From: an uncultured Actinomycetota bacterium | GTDB lineage: Bacteria > Actinomycetota > Actinomycetes > CAVWCF01 | Length of the DNA stretch: 64,000 nt | Assembly: GCA_963753435.1 (NCBI GenBank) | Contig: CAVWCF010000001.1 | Location: forward strand, 64,001-128,000 | Direction: 5' to 3' | In this document: piece after piece, positions 19,218 through 27,654 of the stretch | Position numbering within the stretch: the first letter of the stretch is position 1 | Layout: each line of letters begins with the position of its first letter | The notes under the pieces: model-generated | Seen by the model: only the letters and a program-made list of their open reading frames with translations | Database searches by the model: none | What the model was told of the DNA's origin: nothing | Program-made: the position numbers and the translations under genes

Positions 19218-20654
19218 ATGGCTCAATACGACCTGCTGGTTAAGAACGGCACCCTGGTGCTGCCACGCATGGGGGAAACCCGCGCCGACCTGGCCGTGAA
19301 GAACGGCAAGGTCGCCGCGATCGGCGACGAGATCGACTCCGCGGCTGCCGACGAGGTGATCGACGCATCGGGTCGCCTGGTCATGCCGGGTGCCGTGGAT
19401 GCGCACTATCACCTCGGCATCTACCGCGACCTTGCCCTCGACGCCTTCGAGGAGACCCGCTCATCGCTTGTCGGCGGCGCTACGACGGTTGTTTCGTACT
19501 TCCGCACCGGTGCGCACTACCTCAACAAGACCGGCCCCTACGCCGAGATCCTGCCCGAGGTGAAGCAGGCGGTCGCCGGCCGGACCTGGACCGATTACGG
19601 CTTCCATCTGGCACCGATGACCGTCGACCAGATCGACGAGATCCCGATGCTCGTCAAGGAGCACGGCGTCACCTCGTTCAAGTACTACATGTTCTACAAG
19701 GGCTTCGACCTGGCCTCGAACTCCCGGGATTCGCGCGCATTCACGATGGGCGACGAATACGACCTCGGGCATCTGCTCCTCATCATGGAGAAGATCAATG
19801 AGGTTCAGGCGGAGCACCCGAACCTGCGCCTGAGCCTGTCGCTGCACTGCGAGCAGTCCGAGCTGATGCGCGTCTTCATCGACAAGGTGCGCGCGGCCGG
19901 CGACCCGCAGAACCTGAAGGCCTACAACGACGGCCGCCCCCCGTTGACGGAGCGAGTAGCCATCGGCGAGGCGACCACCATCGCCTCACACGTGGGTACG
20001 AACATCAACCTGCTGCACCTGTCCAGTTCGGATGCGGTTGCTGCTGCGGTCCAGGCGCGGGACGCGTACCCGTGGATCGACATGCGGTTTGAGACCACGC
20101 TGCACCACCTCTGCCTGGACTACGAAACGTTGGACGCCAAGGGCGGTCTCGGTGGCAAGGTGAACCCACCGATCCGTACCAAGGCCGACAACGAGGAGTT
20201 GTGGCGTCGAGTCGCCAACGGCGACGTGAGTTGGATCGCCTCCGACCACGCCTGCTGCATGGAGGAACTCAAGGGCGACCAGATCTGGCCCGCCAGCCCG
20301 GGTTTCGGCGGTACCGCGCTCCTGTACCCGGTTCTCATCAGCGAGGGCTACAACAAGCGCAAGCTGCCGCTGGGTCGCATCGCCGAGTTGGCCAGTGCCA
20401 ACCCGGCGGCGGCCTACAACCTGCCGGGCAAGGGCAACCTGATGGCCGGTTTCGACGCCGACTTCACGATCATCGACCCGGAGTTGGAGCAGACGGTCAC
20501 GACCGAGTTGTGCCAGTCCGGTCAGGACCACTGCCCCTTCGAAGGCGTTCCGTTGACGGGGTGGCCGGTTCTGACCGCGGTTGGCGGCGAAGTGAAGTTC
20601 CGGGACGGCGAGACAGTCGGCGAGCCGGGCGGCAAGTACGTCGCTCGCAACTGA
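19218..20654 (+). CDS. Cyclic amidohydrolase (allantoinase/dihydroorotase/hydantoinase family)
   Basis: MPGAVDAHYH, GG.TT, FKYYM (carboxy-Lys position), LHCE, LHLS, KVNPP.R, ASDHA, NPA. Confidence 0.92.
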   Translation: MAQYDLLVKNGTLVLPRMGETRADLAVKNGKVAAIGDEIDSAAADEVIDASGRLVMPGAVDAHYHLGIYRDLALDAFEETRSSLVGGATTVVSYFRTGAHYLNKTGPYAEILPEVKQAVAGRTWTDYGFHLAPMTVDQIDEIPMLVKEHGVTSFKYYMFYKGFDLASNSRDSRAFTMGDEYDLGHLLLIMEKINEVQAEHPNLRLSLSLHCEQSELMRVFIDKVRAAGDPQNLKAYNDGRPPLTERVAIGEATTIASHVGTNINLLHLSSSDAVAAAVQARDAYPWIDMRFETTLHHLCLDYETLDAKGGLGGKVNPPIRTKADNEELWRRVANGDVSWIASDHACCMEELKGDQIWPASPGFGGTALLYPVLISEGYNKRKLPLGRIAELASANPAAAYNLPGKGNLMAGFDADFTIIDPELEQTVTTELCQSGQDHCPFEGVPLTGWPVLTAVGGEVKFRDGETVGEPGGKYVARN

Positions 20655-20669
20655 CGCTCAACCTCAGTC

Positions 20670-20712
20670 CCAATACGAAAGGCCCCGCCGACGGCGGGGC
20701 CTTTCGTATTGG
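20670..20712. terminator. Bidirectional intrinsic terminator
   Basis: Perfect 21-bp inverted repeat ccaatacgaaaggccccgccg-a-cggcggggcctttcgtattgg between convergent genes. Confidence 0.85.
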
Positions 20713-20716
20713 CAAA

Positions 20717-21994
20717 TCACATGCCGTCGCCGTCCCAGCGGCCGCGGGAGCGGCTGCGCACCGGCAGCGAGGAGATGATGGGTGCGGGGTAGGGGTCGCC
20801 CTCGCTCCAGACCCGTCCGGCGCCCCAGTTGTGGGCGTTGACGTCGGTGCGCTCCTCCGGGTGCTCCAGCAACTTGGGGTCGCGTCCCCAGTCCGTGGTC
20901 GGCAGCGTCGAGGCGTCGACTTCGCCGTAGTGCACGTGGCCTTCCTCGCCGTGATCGTGCGAATGGTCGTGGGAGTGCTCGTGCCCGTCCCCGTGACCGC
21001 CCTGCAGGTTGGCTGCATCCAGAGCCTTGGCGATGGCCACCAGGGAGTGGTCGGTGCCCTGTCCGTGCTGCACGTACCCAGGGTCGGTGTTGCCCTGGTC
21101 CCGCTGCCACTGCGCGGAGTTCACCAGGTCTTTCAGGTCGGCGTCGGAACGCCAAGTGGGACCGCGACCGAGGTCGTAGGTCGACTGCGACCAGCGCATT
21201 CGCGCGCCGCCGGGCCCGTAGTTGACGGCCTCCGCACCCCAGCGGACCCACTCGTTCTGGCTGTACCAGTTGAGGAGTTCGCCGTCGGATCGCAGCAGCC
21301 AGGTGGCGCCGCCTTCCATGGTCGTGAAGTGACCGTGCTTGACGCGTGCCGGACGGAAGAAGTAGGTGCCCAGGTCCAGCGTTCCGAAGTTGTACTCCAT
21401 GTGGCCCTGGGTCGTGTACGCCTCTTCGTAGCAGGGGTGGTGGGCCAGCCGGTGGTCGGTCCAGCCCGCTGCGGCGTGCACGAGGCGGGTGTAGAAGCCG
21501 GTGATCGGGTCCACGTGCAGGTACTTGATGTACAGGCCGGGCATCGGGCCGGGGTTGGGGACCGCGTCCCACTGCATGCCCTCGGTGTCGATGACGATGA
21601 CGTCCTCGCGCGCGTCGTCCCAGCGCGGTGCGGCCACGGAGTCGACCGGATCGAAGCCGGCGTCGCCGTACTCGCGGTAGTGCAGCACCTTGGTGCCCTC
21701 GGCGAACCGCAGCGAGTCAGCGGGGACGCCCTTGGGCAGGTAGACGTAGCCGCCCTTGCCGATGACCTGGTCGCCGTAGGTCATCTGCCCGTCGAGGACA
21801 TAGAACTCGGTGTTGGCGTGGTGGATGCCGGGGCCGCGACCCCAGTCGGTGTGGAAGTCGACGCGGATCGAGGAGGAGCCGTCCTCTTCGTCAACTGACA
21901 GGCGGCGTTCGCTCGCGCGACCCTCGCCGCCGATGAGTTCCGCGCCGTGCCAGATGTAGTCGTCTTCGTGGATCAGTTCGACGTGAGGTCGCAT
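20717..21994 (-). CDS. Bicupin (DUF4437/ChrR-like) protein with a His-rich segment
   Basis: Cupin motifs GIHHANTEFYVLDG..GYVYLPKG and AHHPCYEEAY..G..GTYFFRPARVKHG; HGDGHEHSHDHSHDH tract; GGAG RBS. Confidence 0.75.
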   Translation of the reverse strand: MRPHVELIHEDDYIWHGAELIGGEGRASERRLSVDEEDGSSSIRVDFHTDWGRGPGIHHANTEFYVLDGQMTYGDQVIGKGGYVYLPKGVPADSLRFAEGTKVLHYREYGDAGFDPVDSVAAPRWDDAREDVIVIDTEGMQWDAVPNPGPMPGLYIKYLHVDPITGFYTRLVHAAAGWTDHRLAHHPCYEEAYTTQGHMEYNFGTLDLGTYFFRPARVKHGHFTTMEGGATWLLRSDGELLNWYSQNEWVRWGAEAVNYGPGGARMRWSQSTYDLGRGPTWRSDADLKDLVNSAQWQRDQGNTDPGYVQHGQGTDHSLVAIAKALDAANLQGGHGDGHEHSHDHSHDHGEEGHVHYGEVDASTLPTTDWGRDPKLLEHPEERTDVNAHNWGAGRVWSEGDPYPAPIISSLPVRSRSRGRWDGDGM

Positions 21995-22027
21995 TTTTCA
22001 CTCCAATACGTCCGGGTAATGCAAACG

Positions 22028-23578
22028 CTACACCATGGAGCGATAACTGTCGCGCAGGTCTCGCTTCAGGATCTTGCCCGAGGCGTTGCGGGGCAGCGAA
22101 TCCACGGTGACGACGTCCCGGGGGATCTTGTAGCCGGCCAGGTCGTCCCGCAGGAATGCGTCCAGCGTCTCGGTGTCGAGCGTTTGGCCCGGCTTGGTGA
22201 CGACGAAGGCCACGACGCGCTCGCCCCACTTCTCATCCGGCGCCCCGACCACGGCCACCTCGGCGATCGCGGGGTGGCGGGCCGCCGCTTCCTCCACGTC
22301 GCGTGGGTAGACGTTGACGCCGCCGCTGATGATCATGTCCTTCTTGCGGTCCACGATCCGGATGTAGCCCTCTTCGTCCACTGTGACGATGTCGCCGCAG
22401 GTGAGGAAGCCGTCCGCAGTGGTGCACGCTGCCGTGGCTTCGTCGTCCTTCAGGTAGCCGTTCATCAGATATGGCGACCGGCTGAACAGTTCACCCGGCT
22501 CTCCCGGAGGAACGGGGTTGCCGTTGTCGTCGACCACGCGAACCTCGGTCATGAACCACGGGTGGCCCACCGAACCGGCCTTGCGGCGCGCGTCGGCCGG
22601 TCGCAGATTGGTGATGACTCCGCCTTCGGTTGAGCCGTACAGCTCGTGCACGCCCACGTGGCTGAACGTGTCGAGGACCCATTCCTTCAGCGGAATCGGC
22701 AGGGCGGCGGCGTTGAAGTACAAGGTGTCCAGACTGGACAGGTCGTACTTCGCGATCGTCTCCTCGCCGAGGCCCCGGATCATCTGGGCGTGGGTGGGTA
22801 CCAGGAACACCGACTGCGCCCGGTCCCGTTCGATCATGGCGAGCAAGTCCTCGGGGTTCCAGGCGCGCAGCATCGACACGGTCCCGCCGGTGAAGACCGG
22901 CGTATAGCCGAAAGCGAACCCTGCGCCGTGGTACATCGGGGCCACCGCGATGGAGACCCGACCGTTGCCCAGGCCCCATTCCATTGCGGATGCGTAGAAC
23001 GTCAAGGCCCGGGATCGGTGGCTGATCAGGACGCCCTTGGGCTTGCCGGTCGTGCCGGAGGTGTAGGCCACGCAGAACGGCGAGTTCTCGTCCACGTGGA
23101 TCTTCGGGTCCAGCGTTTCGGCGGCAGCCAGCGCCTGCTCGTAGTCCTCGCCCAGCGTGGTGCCGTCAATGCTCAGGCAGGTGCGCAAGCCGCCGGCAGC
23201 CGCGTCAGCGCTGGCGGCAGCGCCGGCGAGCGCCTCATCGAGGATCAGTGCCTTCGCCTCGGAGTGCCCGACGATGTAGTCGACCTCCGGCGCCGTCATG
23301 CGCGGGTTCAACGGCACCATCACCAGGCCTGCCTTGGCAATGGCAGCGGCGACCTCGCAGTACTCCATCCGGTTGCCGAGAAGGACGGCAATGGCGGTGC
23401 CGGGCTGTAGGCCGGACCGGATCAGGGAGTTGGCAAGACGGCTTGATCGCTCGTCCAGTTCCCCGTATGTCTGGCGTCGATCACCGTCGATCACTGCGAT
23501 CGCATTCGGCGTCGCGGTTGCGAACTCTCGCACTCCGCTGACGATCGACAACGGTGCACCACCTGCGGCCAGTGCCAT
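22028..23578 (-). CDS. AMP-forming acyl-CoA synthetase
   Basis: YTSGTTGKPKG, YGSTE, GD..DEEGY..VDRKKDMI.SGG.NVYP, PRNASGKILK. Confidence 0.96.
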   Translation of the reverse strand: MALAAGGAPLSIVSGVREFATATPNAIAVIDGDRRQTYGELDERSSRLANSLIRSGLQPGTAIAVLLGNRMEYCEVAAAIAKAGLVMVPLNPRMTAPEVDYIVGHSEAKALILDEALAGAAASADAAAGGLRTCLSIDGTTLGEDYEQALAAAETLDPKIHVDENSPFCVAYTSGTTGKPKGVLISHRSRALTFYASAMEWGLGNGRVSIAVAPMYHGAGFAFGYTPVFTGGTVSMLRAWNPEDLLAMIERDRAQSVFLVPTHAQMIRGLGEETIAKYDLSSLDTLYFNAAALPIPLKEWVLDTFSHVGVHELYGSTEGGVITNLRPADARRKAGSVGHPWFMTEVRVVDDNGNPVPPGEPGELFSRSPYLMNGYLKDDEATAACTTADGFLTCGDIVTVDEEGYIRIVDRKKDMIISGGVNVYPRDVEEAAARHPAIAEVAVVGAPDEKWGERVVAFVVTKPGQTLDTETLDAFLRDDLAGYKIPRDVVTVDSLPRNASGKILKRDLRDSYRSMV

Positions 23579-23720
23579 CGCCTAACCCCCTCGAATCGGT
23601 GGCTCATCGAAACACGCAGCCGCCGCGCGGCGGTATCCGGGTCGGCCGCTCACCCCGGTAGCCGAGGTGAGCGGTGGGGGACGGCCGCCGACACGCCCGC
23701 TGCTCGTGGTGCGCAGGGGG

Positions 23721-23769
23721 TTGACGGTGGGGGAGAGTGGAGTACGGTGGCGCCACTTGGAGGGAGTGG
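23721..23769 (+). promoter_or_regulatory. dcw promoter with MraZ-binding GTGG repeats
   Basis: -35 TTGACG (23721) and -10 TACGGT (23743); GTGG at 23727, 23737, 23747, TTGG at 23757, GTGG at 23766 (~10-bp period). Confidence 0.7.
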
Positions 23770-23809
23770 CCGGGTAGACCGGTCATGTGGGGCGAAGGGG
23801 AGGTGGCCG

Positions 23810-24241
23810 GTGTTCCTGGGTACCCACCACCCACGTCTGGACGACAAGGGCCGGCTCTTCCTTCCCGCAAGGTTCCGCGAGCAGTTGACCGATGGCGTGG
23901 TCCTGACTCGCGGCCAGGAACGGTGCCTCTTCGCCTACTCCGTGTCCCAGTTCGATGCGGTCACCGCGCAGATGGCCTCGGCCAGTACTGCCTCACGTGA
24001 GGCCCGTGGCTACCAGCGCATGTTCTTCGCCTCGGCGACGTTGGAGACACCGGACAAGCAGGGCCGGGTCACGATCCCCGCCGATCTGCGCAACTACGCC
24101 GGGCTGGAGCGCGACTGTGCGGTCGTCGGCGTCAACACCCGGATGGAGATCTGGGCTGCATCCGCCTGGGAGAGCTACCAGGCCACCCACGAGGACTCCT
24201 TCGCACAACTGAGCGAGGAGGTGTTGCCCGGCCTCCTTTAG
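23810..24241 (+). CDS. mraZ: Division/cell-wall cluster repressor MraZ
   Basis: MFLGTHHPRLDDKGR..P; DKQGR; first dcw gene. Confidence 0.97.
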   Translation: MFLGTHHPRLDDKGRLFLPARFREQLTDGVVLTRGQERCLFAYSVSQFDAVTAQMASASTASREARGYQRMFFASATLETPDKQGRVTIPADLRNYAGLERDCAVVGVNTRMEIWAASAWESYQATHEDSFAQLSEEVLPGLL

Positions 24242-24260
24242 GGCTTCGTCGCGCGAGGCC

Positions 24261-24328
24261 TCCCCCCGCTCCGCACCTGAGACACCTTCCCCGGTCTCAG
24301 GCGGATGCCAACAGCGAGCGGGTGGGGA
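24261..24328 (+). ncRNA. mraW RNA motif (actinobacterial cis-element)
   Basis: Long hairpin (cctgagac/gtctcagg, outer ccgctc/gagcgg) with terminal-loop CUUCCCC, upstream of rsmH/mraW. Confidence 0.8.
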
Positions 24329-24423
24329 CCTGGAGCGACGGACCGGACCAGAAACGCAGCAATAAGCACAAGCGGATCAGCAAGGTGCATGCAGGACCGC
24401 ACAACAGAAGGGCAAGGGTCGAG

Positions 24424-24561
24424 GTGAGCGGGCAACCGATTCCAGGGCCCGGCGTACGCGCCGGATCCGGGCTTCTTGCGCCGCTGCTGCTGGCCGTCGT
24501 CGCTACCAGTTGCTGCGTGCTGATTGCCGTTGCTTGTGTTGGGTTGGTAGGCGCCGCATGA
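24424..24561 (+). CDS. Possible small membrane protein coupled to rsmH
   Basis: Hydrophobic C-terminus [29 protein letters not shown]; stop overlaps the rsmH ATG (ATGA); start uncertain. Confidence 0.3.
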   Translation: MSGQPIPGPGVRAGSGLLAPLLLAVVATSCCVLIAVACVGLVGAA

Positions 24562-25511
24562 CCGCCGCACATGTGCCGGTGATGACCGAGCGTGTGTTGG
24601 CGCTGCTCGGCCCGGCCTTGATGGGAGACGCTCCAGTCCTCGTTGATGCGACCGTGGGGCTCGGCGGTCACACCGAGGCGTTTCTCAACAAGCATCCGAC
24701 GGTGCGCGTGGTCGGCATGGACCGCGACCAGGATGCGCTGGCCGCATCTGCGGCGCGGCTGTCCGGCTACGCGGATCGGGTCACGTTGGTGCATGCCGTC
24801 TACAACGAACTGCCGGCCGTCCTGCGGCGGCTGGGCCTTGAGTCGATCCAGGCGGTGCTCTTCGACCTGGGCGTTTCCTCCATGCAGCTGGACGCAGCCG
24901 AGCGCGGCTTCGCCTACTCCCAGGACGCGCCGCTGGACATGCGCATGGACGCCACGGCCCAGACGCCGACGGCCGCCGAGGTGGTCAATACCTACTCCGC
25001 CGCTCAGTTGGCTGCGGTGCTGAGGCACTACGGCGAGGAACGCTTCGCGCGTCGGATCGCCGACGCCATCGTGGCTGCGCGGAGCAAGAGCCCCATCTCC
25101 GGAAGTGCCGAACTTGCCGAACTCGTGCGCAACGCCATCCCCGCGGCGGCGCGACGGACTGGTGGGCATCCGGCCAAGCGAACGTTCCAGGCGCTTCGGA
25201 TCGAGGTCAACGCCGAATTGTCCGTCCTCACCGAGGCACTGCCGGCGGCATTGGACGAGCTCGTGGTCGGGGGGCGCATCGCCGTGTTGTCCTACCAATC
25301 GCTGGAGGACCGCATCGTCAAGCAGGCGCTTGCGGCCGTTTCGCGCTCAACCGCGCCCGTCGGCCTCCCCGTCGTTCCGGCCGACGCCGAACCGCGCTTT
25401 GAGTTGCTGACTCGTGGTGCGGAGAAACCGGACGCCGCCGAGGTCGCTGAAAACCCGCGGGCGGCATCGGCCCGGTTGCGCGCGGCCGTGCGATTGCGGG
25501 AGGCGGCGTGA
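24558..25511 (+). CDS. rsmH: 16S rRNA C1402 methyltransferase RsmH
   Basis: [51 protein letters not shown]. Confidence 0.97.
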   Translation: MTAAHVPVMTERVLALLGPALMGDAPVLVDATVGLGGHTEAFLNKHPTVRVVGMDRDQDALAASAARLSGYADRVTLVHAVYNELPAVLRRLGLESIQAVLFDLGVSSMQLDAAERGFAYSQDAPLDMRMDATAQTPTAAEVVNTYSAAQLAAVLRHYGEERFARRIADAIVAARSKSPISGSAELAELVRNAIPAAARRTGGHPAKRTFQALRIEVNAELSVLTEALPAALDELVVGGRIAVLSYQSLEDRIVKQALAAVSRSTAPVGLPVVPADAEPRFELLTRGAEKPDAAEVAENPRAASARLRAAVRLREAA

Positions 25512-25888
25512 GCGCGGCCCGGCCCCTTCCTCGGGACCACTTCGTCCCGGCGGCACCGACTCCCCGTCCGCGGCTGCGGGTCATTCGCTCCGTACCGCGC
25601 CCACCGTTGCCGCCGTTCATTGCGGTGGTGGCGGGACTCCTCCTCATTGGCCTGGTTGGGCTGCTCGGTCTCAACACCGTGCTGGCCCGGTCCTCGTTCA
25701 CCGTCGCGGAACTGGCAACGGACGTTGCCAGCCTGGAGGAGCAGCAGGCGGCGCTGGCGGAGGAGGTCGCTGTACTGGAATCGCCGACGGAGTTGGCCCG
25801 GCGCGCAGCTCGTCTCGGCATGGTTGCCGGCGGTCCGCCGGTCTTCATCGACCCGGCCACGCCGGGAGCGCAGGCGCCCAAGCAATGA
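25508..25888 (+). CDS. ftsL: Cell division protein FtsL-like
   Basis: Single TM followed by a coiled coil and [10 protein letters not shown]; lies between rsmH and ftsI. Confidence 0.8.
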   Translation: MSAARPLPRDHFVPAAPTPRPRLRVIRSVPRPPLPPFIAVVAGLLLIGLVGLLGLNTVLARSSFTVAELATDVASLEEQQAALAEEVAVLESPTELARRAARLGMVAGGPPVFIDPATPGAQAPKQ

Positions 25889-27654
25889 CCACGACGACGC
25901 CGGTACGGCCGCCGACCCGGCCATCGAACCGGCCATCGACCTTGGCTTCGGACCGGCGCCGGATCCGGCAGTTGTCAGCCCTCGTGATCGTCATGGGGCT
26001 GTTGTTCACCGGGCGGCTGGTGCACGTCCAGGCCGCGCAGGCGCAGTTGTACGCAGATCGAGCCGACGCCGAGCGGACAACCACGGAAACGGTTCCGGCC
26101 CCGCGCGGATCCATCACCGACCGCAACGGCGTGGCCTTGGCAGCCAGCATCCCGGCGTACGACATTTCCGCGGACCCGACGCTCATCACCGATCCGGCAG
26201 CGACGGCCCGGACGCTGGCGCCGCTGCTGGATCTGGACGTGGCCTGGCTGCGAGACCGGCTGGACGGGGATCGTCGTTATGTGGCGCTGGCGCAGCGAGT
26301 GCCACCGGACGTCTGGTCGCGGATCCGCGGGGCGGACCAGCCGGGCATATTCGGCGACCCAACGCGAGACCGGCACTACCCCGCAGGTGCCGTCGGCGCG
26401 AACGTCGTTGGGTTCGTGGGCAGCGACGGGCACGGCTTGGCCGGTGTGGAGTTGGCCTACGACCAGAACTTGTCGGGCGTCGACGGGACGCTGACCTATG
26501 AGCGCGGCGCCGATGGGCGGCGCATCCCGACCGCGGAGGCCACAGAGGTGGCCGTGGAGCCGGGCGCTTCGGTCCGGTTGACGCTGGACCGGGACCTGCA
26601 GTGGATGGCGCAAGAGGCGATCGCCAAGCAGGTTCAGGCAACCGGTGCAGCAAGCGGCACGGTCGTAGCGATGGATCCGCGTACCGGCGAAATCCTGGCG
26701 TTGGCGACCGCGCCGACGGTGGATCCGGGGGATCCAAGCGCTGCTGCTGCAGACGATCGCGGGAACCGGGCCGTCAGCGAGGTCTACGAGCCCGGGTCGA
26801 CCAGCAAGGTGATGACGATGGCGGCGGTCATCGAGGAAGGTGCGCTGACACCGGATTCGGTGCTCACCGTGAAGGACTCATTGCGTCGCGGCGGCAAGAC
26901 GTTCAACGATCACACACCGCACCCAACACAGCGTCTGACGCTGACCGGCGTCCTGGCCAAGTCGAGCAACGTCGGGACGATCCTGGCAGCGGAGAGCATC
27001 GGCGGACCCAAGCTCTATGACTACATGCAGCGGTTCGGCATCGGCCGACCCACCGGCATGGTGTTCCCCGGCGAGAGTGCGGGCCAGATACCGCAACCGT
27101 CGTCTTGGTCGGCAACGACGTTCCCAACATTGGCATTCGGGCAGGGCTTCAACCTCAACTCGGTCCAATTGGCCAGCGTGTTCGCGACCCTGGCCAACGA
27201 CGGCGTCCGAATCCAGCCGTCCCTCGTGTCCGGCACCATGGACCTGTCCGGGGAATTCACAGCGGCTGCCCCGGCCATCAGCGAGCAGGTTGTCAGCGAG
27301 CAGACCGCCGACACCGTGCTGGCGATGATGGAGGCAGTTGTCGGTGAGGGTGGGACAGCGCCCAACGCGGCCATCGACGGGTACCGGGTGGCCGGCAAGA
27401 CGGGTACGGCCCAACGCGTTGACCCGGCCTGTGGCTGCTATCGCGGCTATACCGCATCCTTCGTCGGCGTCGCCCCTGCCGATGATCCGCGCCTCGTCGT
27501 GTCCGTCGTACTGCAGGACCCCAAGCGGGGCCGATACGGCGGCCAGTTGGCCGGACCAGTGTTCACCGAGGTCATGTCGTTCGGGCTCAAGTCGCAACAG
27601 GTGCCGCCAAGCGGTTCCGTGCTGCCGAAGCCGCGGCTTTTCGAAGGTGACTAG
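25885..27654 (+). CDS. ftsI: Class B penicillin-binding protein FtsI/PBP3
   Basis: RG.ITDRNG, EPGSTSK (SxxK), SSN, KTGT. Confidence 0.95.
   Translation: MTTTTPVRPPTRPSNRPSTLASDRRRIRQLSALVIVMGLLFTGRLVHVQAAQAQLYADRADAERTTTETVPAPRGSITDRNGVALAASIPAYDISADPTLITDPAATARTLAPLLDLDVAWLRDRLDGDRRYVALAQRVPPDVWSRIRGADQPGIFGDPTRDRHYPAGAVGANVVGFVGSDGHGLAGVELAYDQNLSGVDGTLTYERGADGRRIPTAEATEVAVEPGASVRLTLDRDLQWMAQEAIAKQVQATGAASGTVVAMDPRTGEILALATAPTVDPGDPSAAAADDRGNRAVSEVYEPGSTSKVMTMAAVIEEGALTPDSVLTVKDSLRRGGKTFNDHTPHPTQRLTLTGVLAKSSNVGTILAAESIGGPKLYDYMQRFGIGRPTGMVFPGESAGQIPQPSSWSATTFPTLAFGQGFNLNSVQLASVFATLANDGVRIQPSLVSGTMDLSGEFTAAAPAISEQVVSEQTADTVLAMMEAVVGEGGTAPNAAIDGYRVAGKTGTAQRVDPACGCYRGYTASFVGVAPADDPRLVVSVVLQDPKRGRYGGQLAGPVFTEVMSFGLKSQQVPPSGSVLPKPRLFEGD

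Noticed and set aside
19218-20654. Assigning allB, pyrC or hydA to the amidohydrolase
   Set aside because: Family motifs are clear, but the substrate cannot be fixed by eye and the context is neither purine nor pyrimidine metabolism
729-23578. Secondary-metabolite biosynthetic cluster
   Set aside because: No PKS/NRPS/RiPP core, carrier protein or exporter; the enzyme and regulator set looks catabolic, although biosynthesis is not strictly excluded
624-23720. Mobile element or prophage explanation for the catabolic cluster
   Set aside because: No integrase, transposase, tRNA target or convincing flanking direct repeat was seen, and composition looks similar to the flanks
25414-27654. N-terminally extended ORF-track starts (ftsI 25414, murE 27338, divIVA 40866, IclR 18105, cyclase 17059, ileS 45928)
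   Set aside because: The extensions overlap upstream genes or RNA elements; downstream starts with an RBS or stop/start coupling fit the known N-termini
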